From Balanoglossus misakiensis (lineage: Eukaryota; Animalia; Hemichordata): 64,000 nt of DNA. The stretch is taken from positions 9,444,461 through 9,508,460 of the forward strand of contig CM082596.2 of NCBI GenBank assembly GCA_040954595.2, written 5' to 3'. A model generated the notes under the pieces. That model did no database searches. It worked only from the letters and a program-made list of their open reading frames with translations, and had not been told where the DNA came from. Each line of letters opens with the position of its first letter. Position 1 is the first letter of the stretch. Below are positions 26,858-38,800 of this stretch, in pieces. The position numbers and the translations under genes were made by a program.

Positions 26858-27250
26858 TGTCTTTTATGTTGGAGATGCAACTTTCTCTTTTTATTTTTGG
26901 CCTTTGTGCTTAATTTCTTTACTCTCATTGTATTGATGTATTCAACTTGTTACAGATGTGATAAGATTCCTTCAGATTATTCAAGTACTTACAGTATCAA
27001 AAAGATATGATCTGGAGTAAATGCTGTTGTGTTTCACTCAAGAACTCCTGTACAAACGGTCTCTGTATTTCTCTAGGATGGATTATTTGATAAAACACCA
27101 AGAATAAATAAAATATATCTCTGTATGTTGTGAATATATATCTTGTGGCAGTCACACTAAGATAAAAGCAAGTACTCAAATCTTCCAATTTTCAAATATT
27201 TAATTGATTCTTATGATAGCAAGTGTGATTATTATAATAGTGAGCGTTCT

Positions 27251-27897
27251 ATGAGCCTTCTAACGGCCAAATGTGCAAATATGAGCCTTCTAATGGCCAA
27301 ATGTACAAATATGAGCCTTCTAATGGCCAAATGTTCAAATATGAGCCTTCCAACGGCCGAATGTGCAAATATGAGCCTTTCAACAGCCAAATATGCAAGT
27401 ATGAGCCTTCAAACAGCCAAATATGAGCCTTCTAACGGCCAAATGTTCAAATATGAGCCTTCCAACGGCCAAATGTGCAAATATGAGCCTTTCAACGGCC
27501 AAATATGCAAGTATGAGCCTTCAAACAGCCAAATATGAGCCTTCTAACGGCCAAATGTTCAAATATGAGCCTTCTAACGGCCAAATGTGCAAATATGAGC
27601 CTTCCAACGGCCAAATGTTCAAATGTGAGCCTTCCAACGGCCAAATGTTCAAATGTGAGCCTTCCAATGGCCAAATATGCAAGTATGAGCCTTCAAACAG
27701 CCAAATATGAGCCTTCTAACGGCCAAATGTTCAAATATGAGCCTTCTAACGGCCAAATGTTCAAATATGAGCCTTCCAACGGCCAAATGTGCAAATATGA
27801 GCCTTCCAACGGCCAAATGTTCAAATGTGAGCCTTCCAATGGCCAAATATGCAAGTATGAGCCTTCAAACAGCCAAATGTGAGCCTGTTAATGACCA
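27251..27897. repeat. 30-bp minisatellite with 22-bp variant unit inside the Helentron 5' region
   Basis: ATGAGCCTTCTAACGGCCAAATGTTCAAAT repeated; short unit ATGAGCCTTCAAACAGCCAAAT punctuates 112/172-bp higher-order blocks. Confidence 0.95.
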
Positions 27898-30256
27898 AAT
27901 CAATGTCTTGAGCAGTCTCACACGACTTCGTCTTGTAGATGTAATCTGTAAAATAAATAAAAACAATGTATGGTTTGAGTGGTAGCTGTGCAAAAGTGAA
28001 AGTTAAAAAAACAGTAGAAAGTACATGCCAATGAAATGTCACCCTATCAAAAAATACTGCGAATGACAAAAGTATTGCTCCCATTTGATAACAACTTTTT
28101 TTTTGAATAACTGCAACAAATATGAATCATGTACCCCATCCTGAACTGCATAAAAAGATAAGTCTATGGAATTCTAAAACTCTTTGATCAAAAATGGCAA
28201 GAAATATACCAAAAAGTATGAATATTTCACCAGATTTCAACAAATCTGATTTCTGTTCATGCCTAAGAACCTCTTTAACAAGTTTCAATAAGGAAGACAT
28301 TTTGGCAAACAACAGGTAATTCAGACAAATCTGACTGATATCACATATATGAATTCCCATTCAAAGTTTGCAATCAATTGGACTTGTGGTTTTACTGAAG
28401 ACTATTTGGCCAAACCCTGCAGAAATTCCCCAACAATACAATTATGCAAATTTCATTACAATTTGATCATATCTGACTGAGATCACCCCTAGAAACCCAA
28501 ATACAATGTATCAAAACAATTGCACTTACAGTTTCACAGGATTTGATTTTTTGACAAAAACAGGAAATATTGCCCAAAAATGCATTTTTGCAAATTTCAC
28601 CACCGTTTGCACAAATGTGATTCAGGTAAGCCCTATGAACCTCCATACCAAGTTTCCAATCAATTGGACATGTAATTTCAGAGAAGAATTTTTTTTTAAC
28701 AAAACTGCAGAAAATTCCCCCAAAAAGTCATAAAAATAGCAAACGCCAGATACTGACTCCACCTGAACAAAATCATACGAGGTCTTCCCAAAGTACTTGC
28801 ACACCAATGCACGCCAATTTTTAACTGAATCTGATCCGCTGTTATTAAGTTTTTTCAATTTTGACTATTTGAAAATTTTTCCAGTTAATACCAGTATGCA
28901 TTTTTCGCAATAACAATTTCTATGTACACACTAAATATCAGTAGTTTCAAGTTGTTGATGTTGATGGACATACACATACATACATCAATACATTTAGACG
29001 AAACTGATCCATTCACAAAATACATAATTCTGTATGAGGCAAACATACAGACATACATAGACGACGGACACCAACTTATGCTATATGCTGACATTGATAT
29101 ACATGTTAGCCAAAAACCAAAATCAACCTCAAAATAGACATTAAAATATATTGCACCACCATGAGAAGACAAATTCATTTTTCGACAAATTTTCTGGGGC
29201 GTCATTGATATAGCATGGCATATTGTCAAAGTACGTAGTCTCTGTGATAAGATTCCATACACACAAAATGGTAACCTTGGAAGTCCAGCTGACGTAGTTA
29301 TGCAATGGCGTCTCGTGTATTCCGTCGCCAAAAAATCATCGTAAAATTGATAGTCAGGGTCACAATTCAAGACGACTTTCTCTAAATTCTTTATGAATGG
29401 ATTAAATCGAAATCGAAATGTTGACGTATGACGTACGGAATGAGATCTGAACAGACATTCAATGTTATCATTCTCGCTCGATCACATATTGGGTAGGCCA
29501 TCTAGCAATCGCTATATAGTATTGGCAATAACAGACTGTCTATAAACACACAAAACGGATTTTACTGTTGAGTGTGATCAACCGCCATGTTATTTTTCTC
29601 TGAACAATAGACAAATAGAAAGCCTGGTGACATTTTGAGGTTGACTGCGTGAGGACCACAATATGCGTGAATCATTTACGGTTTGTCTTGATGAATGGGT
29701 CACGTCATAGTCATAACACGGATTCGGCTGCACGCCAACTATCCGCCATATTGTCTCCATTAACTTACTCGTAATTAGTTTCAAACTTCATTTGAAAAGA
29801 GTAAAACACATACCTGACTTCGTCTGATGGTCCTGTAGATTAACAATTTACACTCTATGAAGCAACTAAACAACGTTAGCTTCCTTGTGGATTCACGTAG
29901 GGAAGTTATTCGTAACGACGGGTACAGCGTCTGAGCATGGACAGAACCACGGCAATATCGCCAGGAATGTCTCATTTCACAGCGCCCTCACAGTCAATCT
30001 CTTCGATGAATCGTTTACACTGGTCATACGTGGCGATACCGTGCATTAGAAAAATTAAAAATTTGATAATTTCATTACTATCCAAGCCACACCCACCAAA
30101 ACATTTTCAGTTCTTGCCATATGATATCTGAACCTGTCTACTAAATTTGGTTTAAATCGGTTCAGCAGTTCTTGAGATATAGGGTATACAGACAGACACA
30201 CACACACACAGACGTCGCTAAACTATAAGCTCACGTGATTTTCATGTGAGCTAAAA

Positions 30257-31452
30257 CAAGCAGCGTAGATATTGAAGTGAATTGGATTTATGAAAATGAT
30301 AAAAATTACACTTATAATGTCGTTAAAAGTTCTCACAAAAAAAAAGAAATAGAAAAAAAGTGGTCTCGAACCAACATCAGTCGACACCTTCAGGTAAAAG
30401 GCTAGCCTTCCTGAACCTTTCGCCATCATGATGTGTACTCGAAAAAGTCGGAAATTTTCCGCACTATATTGCAGCATAACTCCAATGGACTTATTTGCAC
30501 CGCAGCGGTGCGAATAAGATTTCCCTCCCCAACAACGATCTGACCGTTCTTTATTTACTCCTCGGCGACAGAAAACATTTCATTACGGCCTAAATAACGA
30601 CTTTTTCGCTCCTTGGTTGGTCATGCGGACGGAAAGACAGGGTTTTAGCGAGTTTATCTTTCTCTCTGCTGAGCACTCTGTTATTCAGACTTGCCCATGT
30701 GAACCGCGACAAAAAATGGCCAAGTTTCCCTGCATGTTACTTATACCCGACAGATGAAAAAAGCAGCGTAGATATTGAAATGACTTGGATTTATGAAAAT
30801 GATAAAAATTACAATTATAATGTCGTTAAAAGTTCTCACAAAAAAAAAGAAATAGAAAAATAAAGTGGTCTCAAACCAACATCAGTTGACACCCTCAGGT
30901 AAAAAGGTTAGCCTTCCTGAACCTTTCGCTATTACGATGTGTACTCGAAAAAGTCGGAAATTTTCCGCACTATATTGCGGCATAACTCCAATGATCTTAT
31001 TCGCACCGCAGCGGTGCAAATAAGAGTTCCCTGCACCGCAGCGGTGAGAATAAGAGTTCCCTGGCCCCGCAATGATCTGACCGTTCTTTATTCACTCCTC
31101 GGCGACAAAAACGTTTTATTACGGCCTAAATAACGACTTTTTGGCTCCTTGGTTGGTCATGCGGACGGAAAGACACGGTTTTAGCGAGTTTATCTTTCTC
31201 TCTGCTGAGCACTCCGTATTCAGACTTGCCCAAGTGAACCGCGACAAAAAATGGCCAAGTTTCCCTGCATGTTACTTATACCCGACAGATGAAAAAAGCA
31301 GCGTAGATATTGAAATGAATTGGATTTATGAAAATGATAAAAATTACAATTATAATGTCGTTAAAAGTTCTCACAAAAAAAAAGAAATAGAAAAATAAAG
31401 TGGTCTCTAACCAACATCAGTCGACACCTTCGGGTAAAAGGCTAGCCTTCCT
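30257..31452 (-). repeat. ~510-540-bp satellite with tRNA-like Pol III cassette, block 1 (~2.3 units)
   Basis: AGCAGCGTAGATATTGAA recurs near 30259, 30762 and 31298; each unit has on the minus strand TGGCGAAAGG...GGTTCGAGACC followed by T-runs. Confidence 0.9.
30350..30434 (-). ncRNA. Putative Pol III (type 2 promoter) small RNA, tRNA-like but not a canonical tRNA
   Basis: ACATCATGA-TGGCGAAAGG(A-box-like)-TTCAGGAAGGCTAGCCTTTTACCTGAA(hairpin)-GGTGTCGACTGATGTT-GGTTCGAGACC(B-box)-AC-T7; no acceptor stem after the B-box. Confidence 0.4.
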
Positions 31453-34400
31453 TTTTTTATCTTTTATTAAAAAGGACAGGCCCACTGGCTTGCCCTGTTA
31501 AAAATAATTTGTACATTACAAGAAGCTTGTAATTACAGTCATAGATTCATTTTAAATAATGCCATAAATCTTCAACACGTTACACTACTAATGCCAATCA
31601 TTACAATATTGATAAAAAATCATACACCGAAATGAATGCATGTGTAGTCAAGTCATTCAACATAAACAATCTTTAAATTCACAATATTGCATTACAGCAT
31701 TCCACCATTTATGTAAGTCCTACTCCAATCTGTCATAGAATTGTGACATACAATTTAATTACAGGAACAATTACCAGTAACACCAGAGGGCGCCAGGTTC
31801 AACTGAAGGTGACAACATAGACAAAACGATTGTTTAAAAATTGAAGGTAAAGTCAAAATCTTTTACCGTTACAAGCACATTGTTTTGTGCAAAGATGCTT
31901 TCAAATAGCGCAACATCATCACTTACTTTGCACCTGTTACATTCAAAAGTGATTTTCTGTTTTAATTTGTAGTTAAAGAACATGATCAAGTCGATTTTCC
32001 GAGTACAACGCTTGTATGCTAATCTTCTACTATGAATTGTATAACGTGAAAGTGTCAATAAAATATTGATCAGCGTGTACTCGTACTTGTCATCCTTGAC
32101 AGTATAACCAAATAACATCATTAGAATTCTATCTGTTGGGTTTAAATTTATTTACATTACAGGCACTGTTGATATACTCAAAAACAAGTTGCCACAAGGA
32201 TTGAATTGTCTGGCAGCACACAAACAAATGATACACGTCTTCGGGAAAAAATGTGCAGAAGTCACAAGTCGGACTGAGGATTTTGCCTGATTTATAAAGA
32301 CGAAGATTACTAAAAACAGCGTTGTGACAAATGAGATAATCCAGATCACCCAGGTAGTTATCCTTGAAATTTGTGTAAACAATTGGCCAAACCTTACTAA
32401 AATCAAAGTTTGGCAGGTGATAGAGCCAATACTGAACACCCGTGGGCACTGTTTTTCTCAGATGCCGAGCTATTGTAGTAATGTGTCTAACCTTAAGAGA
32501 ATGGAAAGGAACACGTTGATCATGAGCATTAACAATAAAGAGAGACGAGTTTTTGTCCACTTTGTTATAATCTTTGTAATTACTCTGCAGAATATCATGC
32601 CTCTTTTGAGGAATTGAATTGAGGATAATCTGGTACTGCTTCTCGACAGTATTGCTTGTGGGAGTGTCAGGATGGGCCAATGAAACCATGTCACCAATTG
32701 CATCAACAGGTAGGAACCCAGGAATGACTTCGTATAACAAATCCCTGATTTTGACAATGCCAGCTGAACTGAAAAGCTTTACAATCGCCAGGGGCGCCCT
32801 TCAACACTTGTAATGAATGGGTTATGAAAAATGGGTTCATTGATAATTTCATCGTAGGAAACTGGTTGTGCACGAAAATACTTGAAAAGATGTGACCAAG
32901 ACTGAAACAATTCCTTGTAGAATGTAGAACACTGACGTAAGTTGGTAGGATAAAGTAACATTTTAAAAGTGTCAACACCACAATTGAGATCGAGATACTT
33001 ACATTTTGTATTTAAGTTGTAGGTGAAAAACAGCTTGAATTTGTGAACATAATCTTTATCCAGCATTTTACACAACCACTTGAGACGAAGTGCATGCACT
33101 TTGTCTTGAATATTTGTGACTTTAAGTCACCCATCTTGAATGTCGGAAGTGATGACATCATATTTCACCATGTGATGACCTTTGCTCCAGAAGAAATTAC
33201 AGATGTGCTCATTCAAAATTTGTATGTGTTGCTGAGGCAAAGAAACAACAGATGCCCGGTACCACAGAGTAGACGTAACAAGGGAGTTGATAATAAGGGT
33301 TTTCCCTTTGAAGGACAATTTACGAAATGACCAAGATTTCAGAATTCTGCAAATTTTAGGAATGCGCTGAGCCCAATTGAAATCATCAGCAACTGATTTG
33401 TCATGATTCAACATGACACCAAGAATGACCATGCCATCCAGTTGAAGCTTAACAGGTAAGGGGCAGTCAGTACGCCCTCTTTTGTTTCCTATCCACATCA
33501 AAGCACTTTTGTTCAGATTAACCTTTGATCCAGAAGCTTTACCATAATCACAAAAGACCTGATACGCTTCGCGGATAGAATGGTCATCGCTAACGGTTAG
33601 AGTGGTGTCATCAGCATGTTGATAAACTAAGGAAGATACAGTACTGCCAGGAATTTGAATACCATGTATGTTGTGGTTATGCTGAATAGCGGCATTTAGA
33701 GGCTCAGCTGACAGCACGTACAACATTGCTGACAGCGGGCACCCTTGTCTGACACTTCGTTTAATTAACACCGAGTCAGACAAAAACCCGTTAATTTTTA
33801 CATTACTCATAATCTGGTTGTACATAATGGAAATCCATTTAACAAAGTTGTCACCGAACCTGAACGCCCTTCAGGCAAGGCAAAGGGGGGGTAATTACGG
33901 CGGTGACATCAAAGAGATCTATTTGAATGTGAACGTCACTGAGTGGCAGTTACGGCCGGTCGGAAAAATTTTCAAACGGAGATTTTCGGTACTTCAAGTG
34001 ATCGTAGTGCATCCATTTTTCTAAGACGTGTATGAAACACCACAGTCAATGATAGGATGATTTTTCGTGAAGTTTTAACGACGCGTTCCCGAGAAAGACA
34101 GTTTCGGTATGTTGGTTTAAATTGTGGTCCCTGACTCACGGAAAAGATTTCTTGTCTTGAAAAAAATTGGGTAGGTTAGGAAGATATTGAACTAAGTTAC
34201 CGTGAATTTATAATAGTGTGAGCCGCTCTGTTGTGGAGTAATGACGGTGTAAAAATTGCCTTCGCCATCGACGAGTACAGCCGTGTTTGCCATATGTGTA
34301 CGCATTGAAGTAGGTCAACGCATGTTAACCCATGACGTAATGGCTTCCTTTTCAACGCGTCGTTAACTCTCATTAGCATATTACATACGGAGTCTATACA

Positions 34401-35061
34401 CTATTCACGCTGACTGACTTCTCAGGACTGACCTATGGCACTGTAAATTGTGGTCCTTGACCCACGGCATGGATATATTCATGTCAAAATTATGAATAGA
34501 GGAGTTTAATAATGTTTCTAAAACCTGAGGGGGTTAATTTTTGTGTGGGTATGGCAGATATTTTTTTTTTGATTTTTTAACTTCAAGGTCACTTTGAATT
34601 TCGTGATCACAATTTTGTAAGTGGAATTAAAGAAATTCTTCTCGATAAAACTTCATGAAAAATCACATGTAGTACATTCATAGTACCAGTAATGTGCCTG
34701 GGGTGAAATAATTGTCAGAAATGGGTTGCAAGTTACTGAACTTTCGTTCTGAAAAAAGTTGAAAAACTGTATGCAAATGAGGAATTCAAACGTTACTGGC
34801 CAGTTCAAGTGTTTGCATTGCATAATCCCCTGCTGTTTAATTACCCCCCCCCCCCCTTTGCCCTGCCTGCTTAGTGTGTTAAGCAAATAATTGTGATCAA
34901 CGCGATCAAAGGCTTTCATCTGATCAAATTTCACAATGGCACCTGGACAGTTACTGGAATCAACATGATGAATAAGATCTCTCATACAGAAAACATTGTC
35001 CACAATGTCACGACCTGGGACACAGCAAGTTTGATCCGGGCTGACTATAGAGGGCATGATG
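31453..35061 (-). mobile_element. 5'-truncated, decayed Tx1/L1-group LINE (RT + C-terminal CCHC), copy 1
   Basis: DQTCCVPGR, DQMKAFDRVDH, VRQGCPLS, HADD, C-terminal CDFC...EDVYHLFVCC; 3' end AATAAAAGATAAAAAAA at 31452-31468; highly similar to 62570-64000; interrupted by a MITE at 33872-34869. Confidence 0.92.
33872..34869. mobile_element. ~1-kb non-autonomous TIR element (MITE), CAGGCA.. termini, 3-bp TSD CTT
   Basis: Left CAGGCAAGGCAAAG7TAATTA; right TAATTAC13TTTGCCCTGCCTG; CTT at 33869-33871 and 34870-34872; removing the element plus one CTT restores LNTLRAFRFG as in LINE copy 2. Confidence 0.88.
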
Positions 35062-35833
35062 AAAGACACGGTTTTAGCGAGTTTATCTTTCTCTCTGCTG
35101 AGCACTCCGTATTCAGACTTACCCAAGTGAACCGCGACAAAAAATTGGCCAAGTTTCCCTGCATGTTACTTATACCCGACAGATGAAATAAGCAGCGTAG
35201 ATATTGAAATGAATTGGATTTATGAAATTGTTAAAAATTACAATTATAATGTCGTTAAAAGTTCTCACAAAAAATAGAAATTGAAAAAAAGTGGTCTCGA
35301 ACGAACATCAGTTGACACCCTCAGGTAAAACCTTTCCTGAACCTTTTGCCATCACGATGTGTGCTCGAAAAAGTCGGAAATTTTCCGCACTATATTGCAG
35401 CATAACTCCAATGATCTTATTTGCGCCGCAGCGGTGCAAATACGAGTTCCCTGCACCGCAGCGTTGCGAATAAGATTTCCCTCCCCAACAACGATCTGAC
35501 CGTTCTTTATTTACTCCTCGGCGACATAAAACGTTTTATTACGGCCTAAATAAGGACTTTTTTCGCTCTTTGGTTGGTCATGCGGACGGAAAGACAGGGT
35601 TTTAGCGAGTTTATCTTTTTCTCTGCTGAGCACTCCGTTATTCAGACTTGCCCAAGTGAACCGCGACAAAAAATGGCCAAGTTTCTCTGCATGTTTGTTA
35701 TACCCGACAGATAAAAAACGCAGCGTAGATATTGAAATGAATTGGACTTATGAAAAAGATAAAAATTACAATGAAAATGTCGTTAAAAGTTCTCAAAAAA
35801 AAGAAATAGAAAAATAAAGTGGTCTCGAACCAA
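35062..35833 (-). repeat. Pol III-like satellite, block 2 (~1.5 units)
   Basis: Same unit and orientation as 30257-31452; ends inside the B-box region at GTGGTCTCGAACCAA. Confidence 0.9.
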
Positions 35834-35847
35834 TTCATTACTTACAG

Positions 35848-38800
35848 TTCCAATAACAATCTGACATGGCCTTCATCACCATCCCTTGCTGCATAATGCA
35901 AAGGAGTGTCTCCATCCTGTAAGTAATGAAGGAGGAGCATGAGAATAATGTCACAAAAATTGAAATCTAATGTGAAATTTCCTTAAACAAACAAACAAAC
36001 AAACAAACAAACAAACAAATAAATGAATAAATATATCCGCATTGATAGAATAAACCTGCTGAAGTCAGGTTGGTATTTACCTTGTTTTGTATGTTAGCAT
36101 CAGCTTTGTGTTCCAATAACAATCTGACAAGGCCTTCACCACCATCCCTCCTTGCTGCATAATGCAAAGGAGTGTCTCCATCCTGTAAGTAATGAAGGAG
36201 GAGCATGAGAATAATGTCACAAAATTGAAATGTAATGTGAAATTTCCTTAACCAAACAAACAAACAAACAAACAAATAGACAAATACACAATAAAATGAA
36301 TAAATATATCCGCATTGATAGAATTAACCTGCAGAAGTCAAGTTGGTATTTACCTCGTTTTGTATGGTCACATCAGCTTTGTGTTCCAATAACAATCTGA
36401 CAAGGCCTTCACCACCATCCCTCCTTGCCGCATAATGCAAAGGGGTGTCTCCTGTCTGTAAGTAATGAAGGAGGAGCATGAGAATAATGTCACAAAATTG
36501 AAATGTAATGTGAAATTTCCTTAACCAAACAAACAAACAAACAAATAGACAAATACACAATAAAATGAATAAATATATCCGCATTGATAGAATTAACCTG
36601 CAGAAGTCAAGTTGGTATTTACCTCGTTTTGTATGGTCACATCAGCTTTGTGTTCCAATAACAATCTGACAAGGCCTTCACCACCATCCCTCCTTGCCGC
36701 ATAATGCAAAGGGGTGTCTCCTGTCTGTAAGTAATGAAGGAGGAGCATGAGAATAATGTCACAAAATTGAAATGTAATGTGAAATTTCCTTAAAAAAACA
36801 AACAAACTAACAAACAAACAAACAAATAGACAAAGACACAAACAAATGAATAAATATATCCGCATTGATAGAATTAACCTGCAGAAGTCATGTTGGTATT
36901 TACCTTGTTTGGTATGGTCACATCAGCTTTGTGTTCCAATAACAATCTGACAAGGCCTTCACCACGACACCCTCTTACTGCATAATGCAAAGGGGTGTCG
37001 CCATTCTGTAAGTAATGAAGGAGGAGCATGATGAGAATGTCAAGAAAAATGAAATGTAACATGAGGTTATTTTGTTAAAATGAACGATCGAACAAACACA
37101 CAAACGACAAATAATCGCAAACTCCCTTGTGGATAATATTAACCAACAGTAAATGGCATTTGAACAGAAACAGTATCGACTCTACACACAAGATGTGTAA
37201 TTCAGTTTTATACATGCATTTTAACGAGCTAAAAGAATTCTGACAAAATATCTGCCAGTTGATACAGAAAGAAAAGTTACTATAAATAATTCACAAACAA
37301 ACTCAAATTTGACAACTTGCAAAACAGATAACATTACGGATAACCAATACACCAATTTTAAACTGAACTTTATTTATGATTTTCTATCAAAAAACTGACA
37401 GTGATGTGATGTTAGTGAACATTTCCTGAATGGGACCAATTTATTTTTGCAACCTGCACAATATAGAAGAAGATTTAGCAAACAACTACAGTGACATTTA
37501 GTAGAATTGTCAGAAGAATTTTGAATAATCACATCTCATCTCCAATATGATGACAAATTTGAGATATGTGGAGATTTATGTGGAAACAGTTCAAACATCT
37601 GAGCTAACCAAACTATGTATATTTCCTGTAGGAGGGCATCAGACTGTTCTCAGCACAAAGTAGCCAAGCTGTGCAGACTGAACGATGTCGATCAAAGGGG
37701 AAATAACAGAGAAATTGTATGTGACAAGGGATAAATCAATCATCATTAAAATAAATTTCTACTGAGTGGTCCAACAATATCAGGTAGAGTTGTGCAATGG
37801 TGTCACTAGTTATTTGTAGAAATAGTGTTTAAATAAAAAAACTTGAACTTCACCAAAAAAAATCCATCTGAAGAAAGTTAACACTGATTCCCTTTCTCCA
37901 TCGCACTGCATCAAAAAGTCTAATAACCAAAGAAAGACTTCAGTGGACACTGTGGCCAATGGGAATGTGTGGCAAACAAAATTAAATGCAATGAATGCAG
38001 TCATTCTTTTCATGTAATATAAAGAACAAACAAAATTATCAAAACTCTTCATAAGAGATAACATTGGAAGCCACAGTAGCACTAACTTTCAAGGACATTT
38101 GTGTAACCATTCCAGCCGTGCCCCACACTAAAACAGAACAGATTGGACCAGTCACACTTCCCTTAATCCTATTGTTCCCAATGTTTGTCTCATCAATATA
38201 TCTATTGCATGCTTTTAGCGCCTTCTCTCAGGTTCTGGAACCTGGTTGGTTAAAACTGGCTGTTCTGGCCATCTTGATCACCCCTTTGAAATGATTGGGT
38301 AAGTGACAGACAGTGATGAGAAGCTGAGGAGTGGAGCCGCACAGACCTCATGTTTTATAAGCTTGAGCTATTTCCAAGAGAAAGAGCAATCCAAATGCTG
38401 CCGCTGTGTTGCTCAGAATGATGAAAAAAATCATCCGACTGAACAATTTAATGTTAAAATGTATTATATTTTATAAAGTTTATAAAAGGTAAATTGGGTT
38501 GGCACTGCGCTATTCGGCCTGAAGTACAAGCTAAAACTGGCCGACTCCTCTCGGCACCGTCAACAAGCACCCCTGCCCCCAGCACATCTCCAACTTGACA
38601 TGTGTGATGTGACCATGGCTGCGCATCCGTCCTTTGGTCCTAAAAGTTGCCAAACAAACCCCAGTTTAAAACGGCCCCAATCAGAGCCGCAATGAAAACA
38701 AGTTCTTCTGGTAAAGTCTTACTCAAAATGTTGCTATGACTATAATTCTGACACAAAACTGAGCATGAGTGTGGACTGATTGCATAAAAATATTTTGAAA

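Larger units (their letters stand above)
13058..30254 (-). mobile_element. Helentron (Helitron2) with internal deletion, ~17.2 kb
   Basis: Minus-strand 5' end TTTTAGCTCACATG-AAAAT-CACGTGAGCT hairpin followed by a (GT)n/CTGT microsatellite (30188-30256); minus-strand 3' end CACGTGAGC subterminal repeat ~20 bp before GGTTTT (13054-13085); both ends abut T-runs; interior encodes OTU, PIF1 helicase C-half and AP endonuclease. This layout matches described Helentron/Helitron2 asymmetric termini. Confidence 0.8.

Noticed and set aside
27251-27985. ORFs with MSLLTAKC/KYEPSNGQM repeats
   Set aside because: Translations of a 30-bp minisatellite with frame-shifting 22-bp units.
30350-30434. Canonical tRNA, vault RNA or spliced-leader RNA gene
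   Set aside because: No acceptor or anticodon stems, no 3' panhandle arm after the B-box, and no convincing Sm site; kept only as a putative Pol III unit.
34653-35126. 157-aa ORF suggesting LINE RT continues into 35062-35126 (KLAKT motif)
   Set aside because: Chimeric read-through of satellite, LINE and MITE; the KLAKT resemblance comes from satellite sequence present in all units and is at the wrong spacing.
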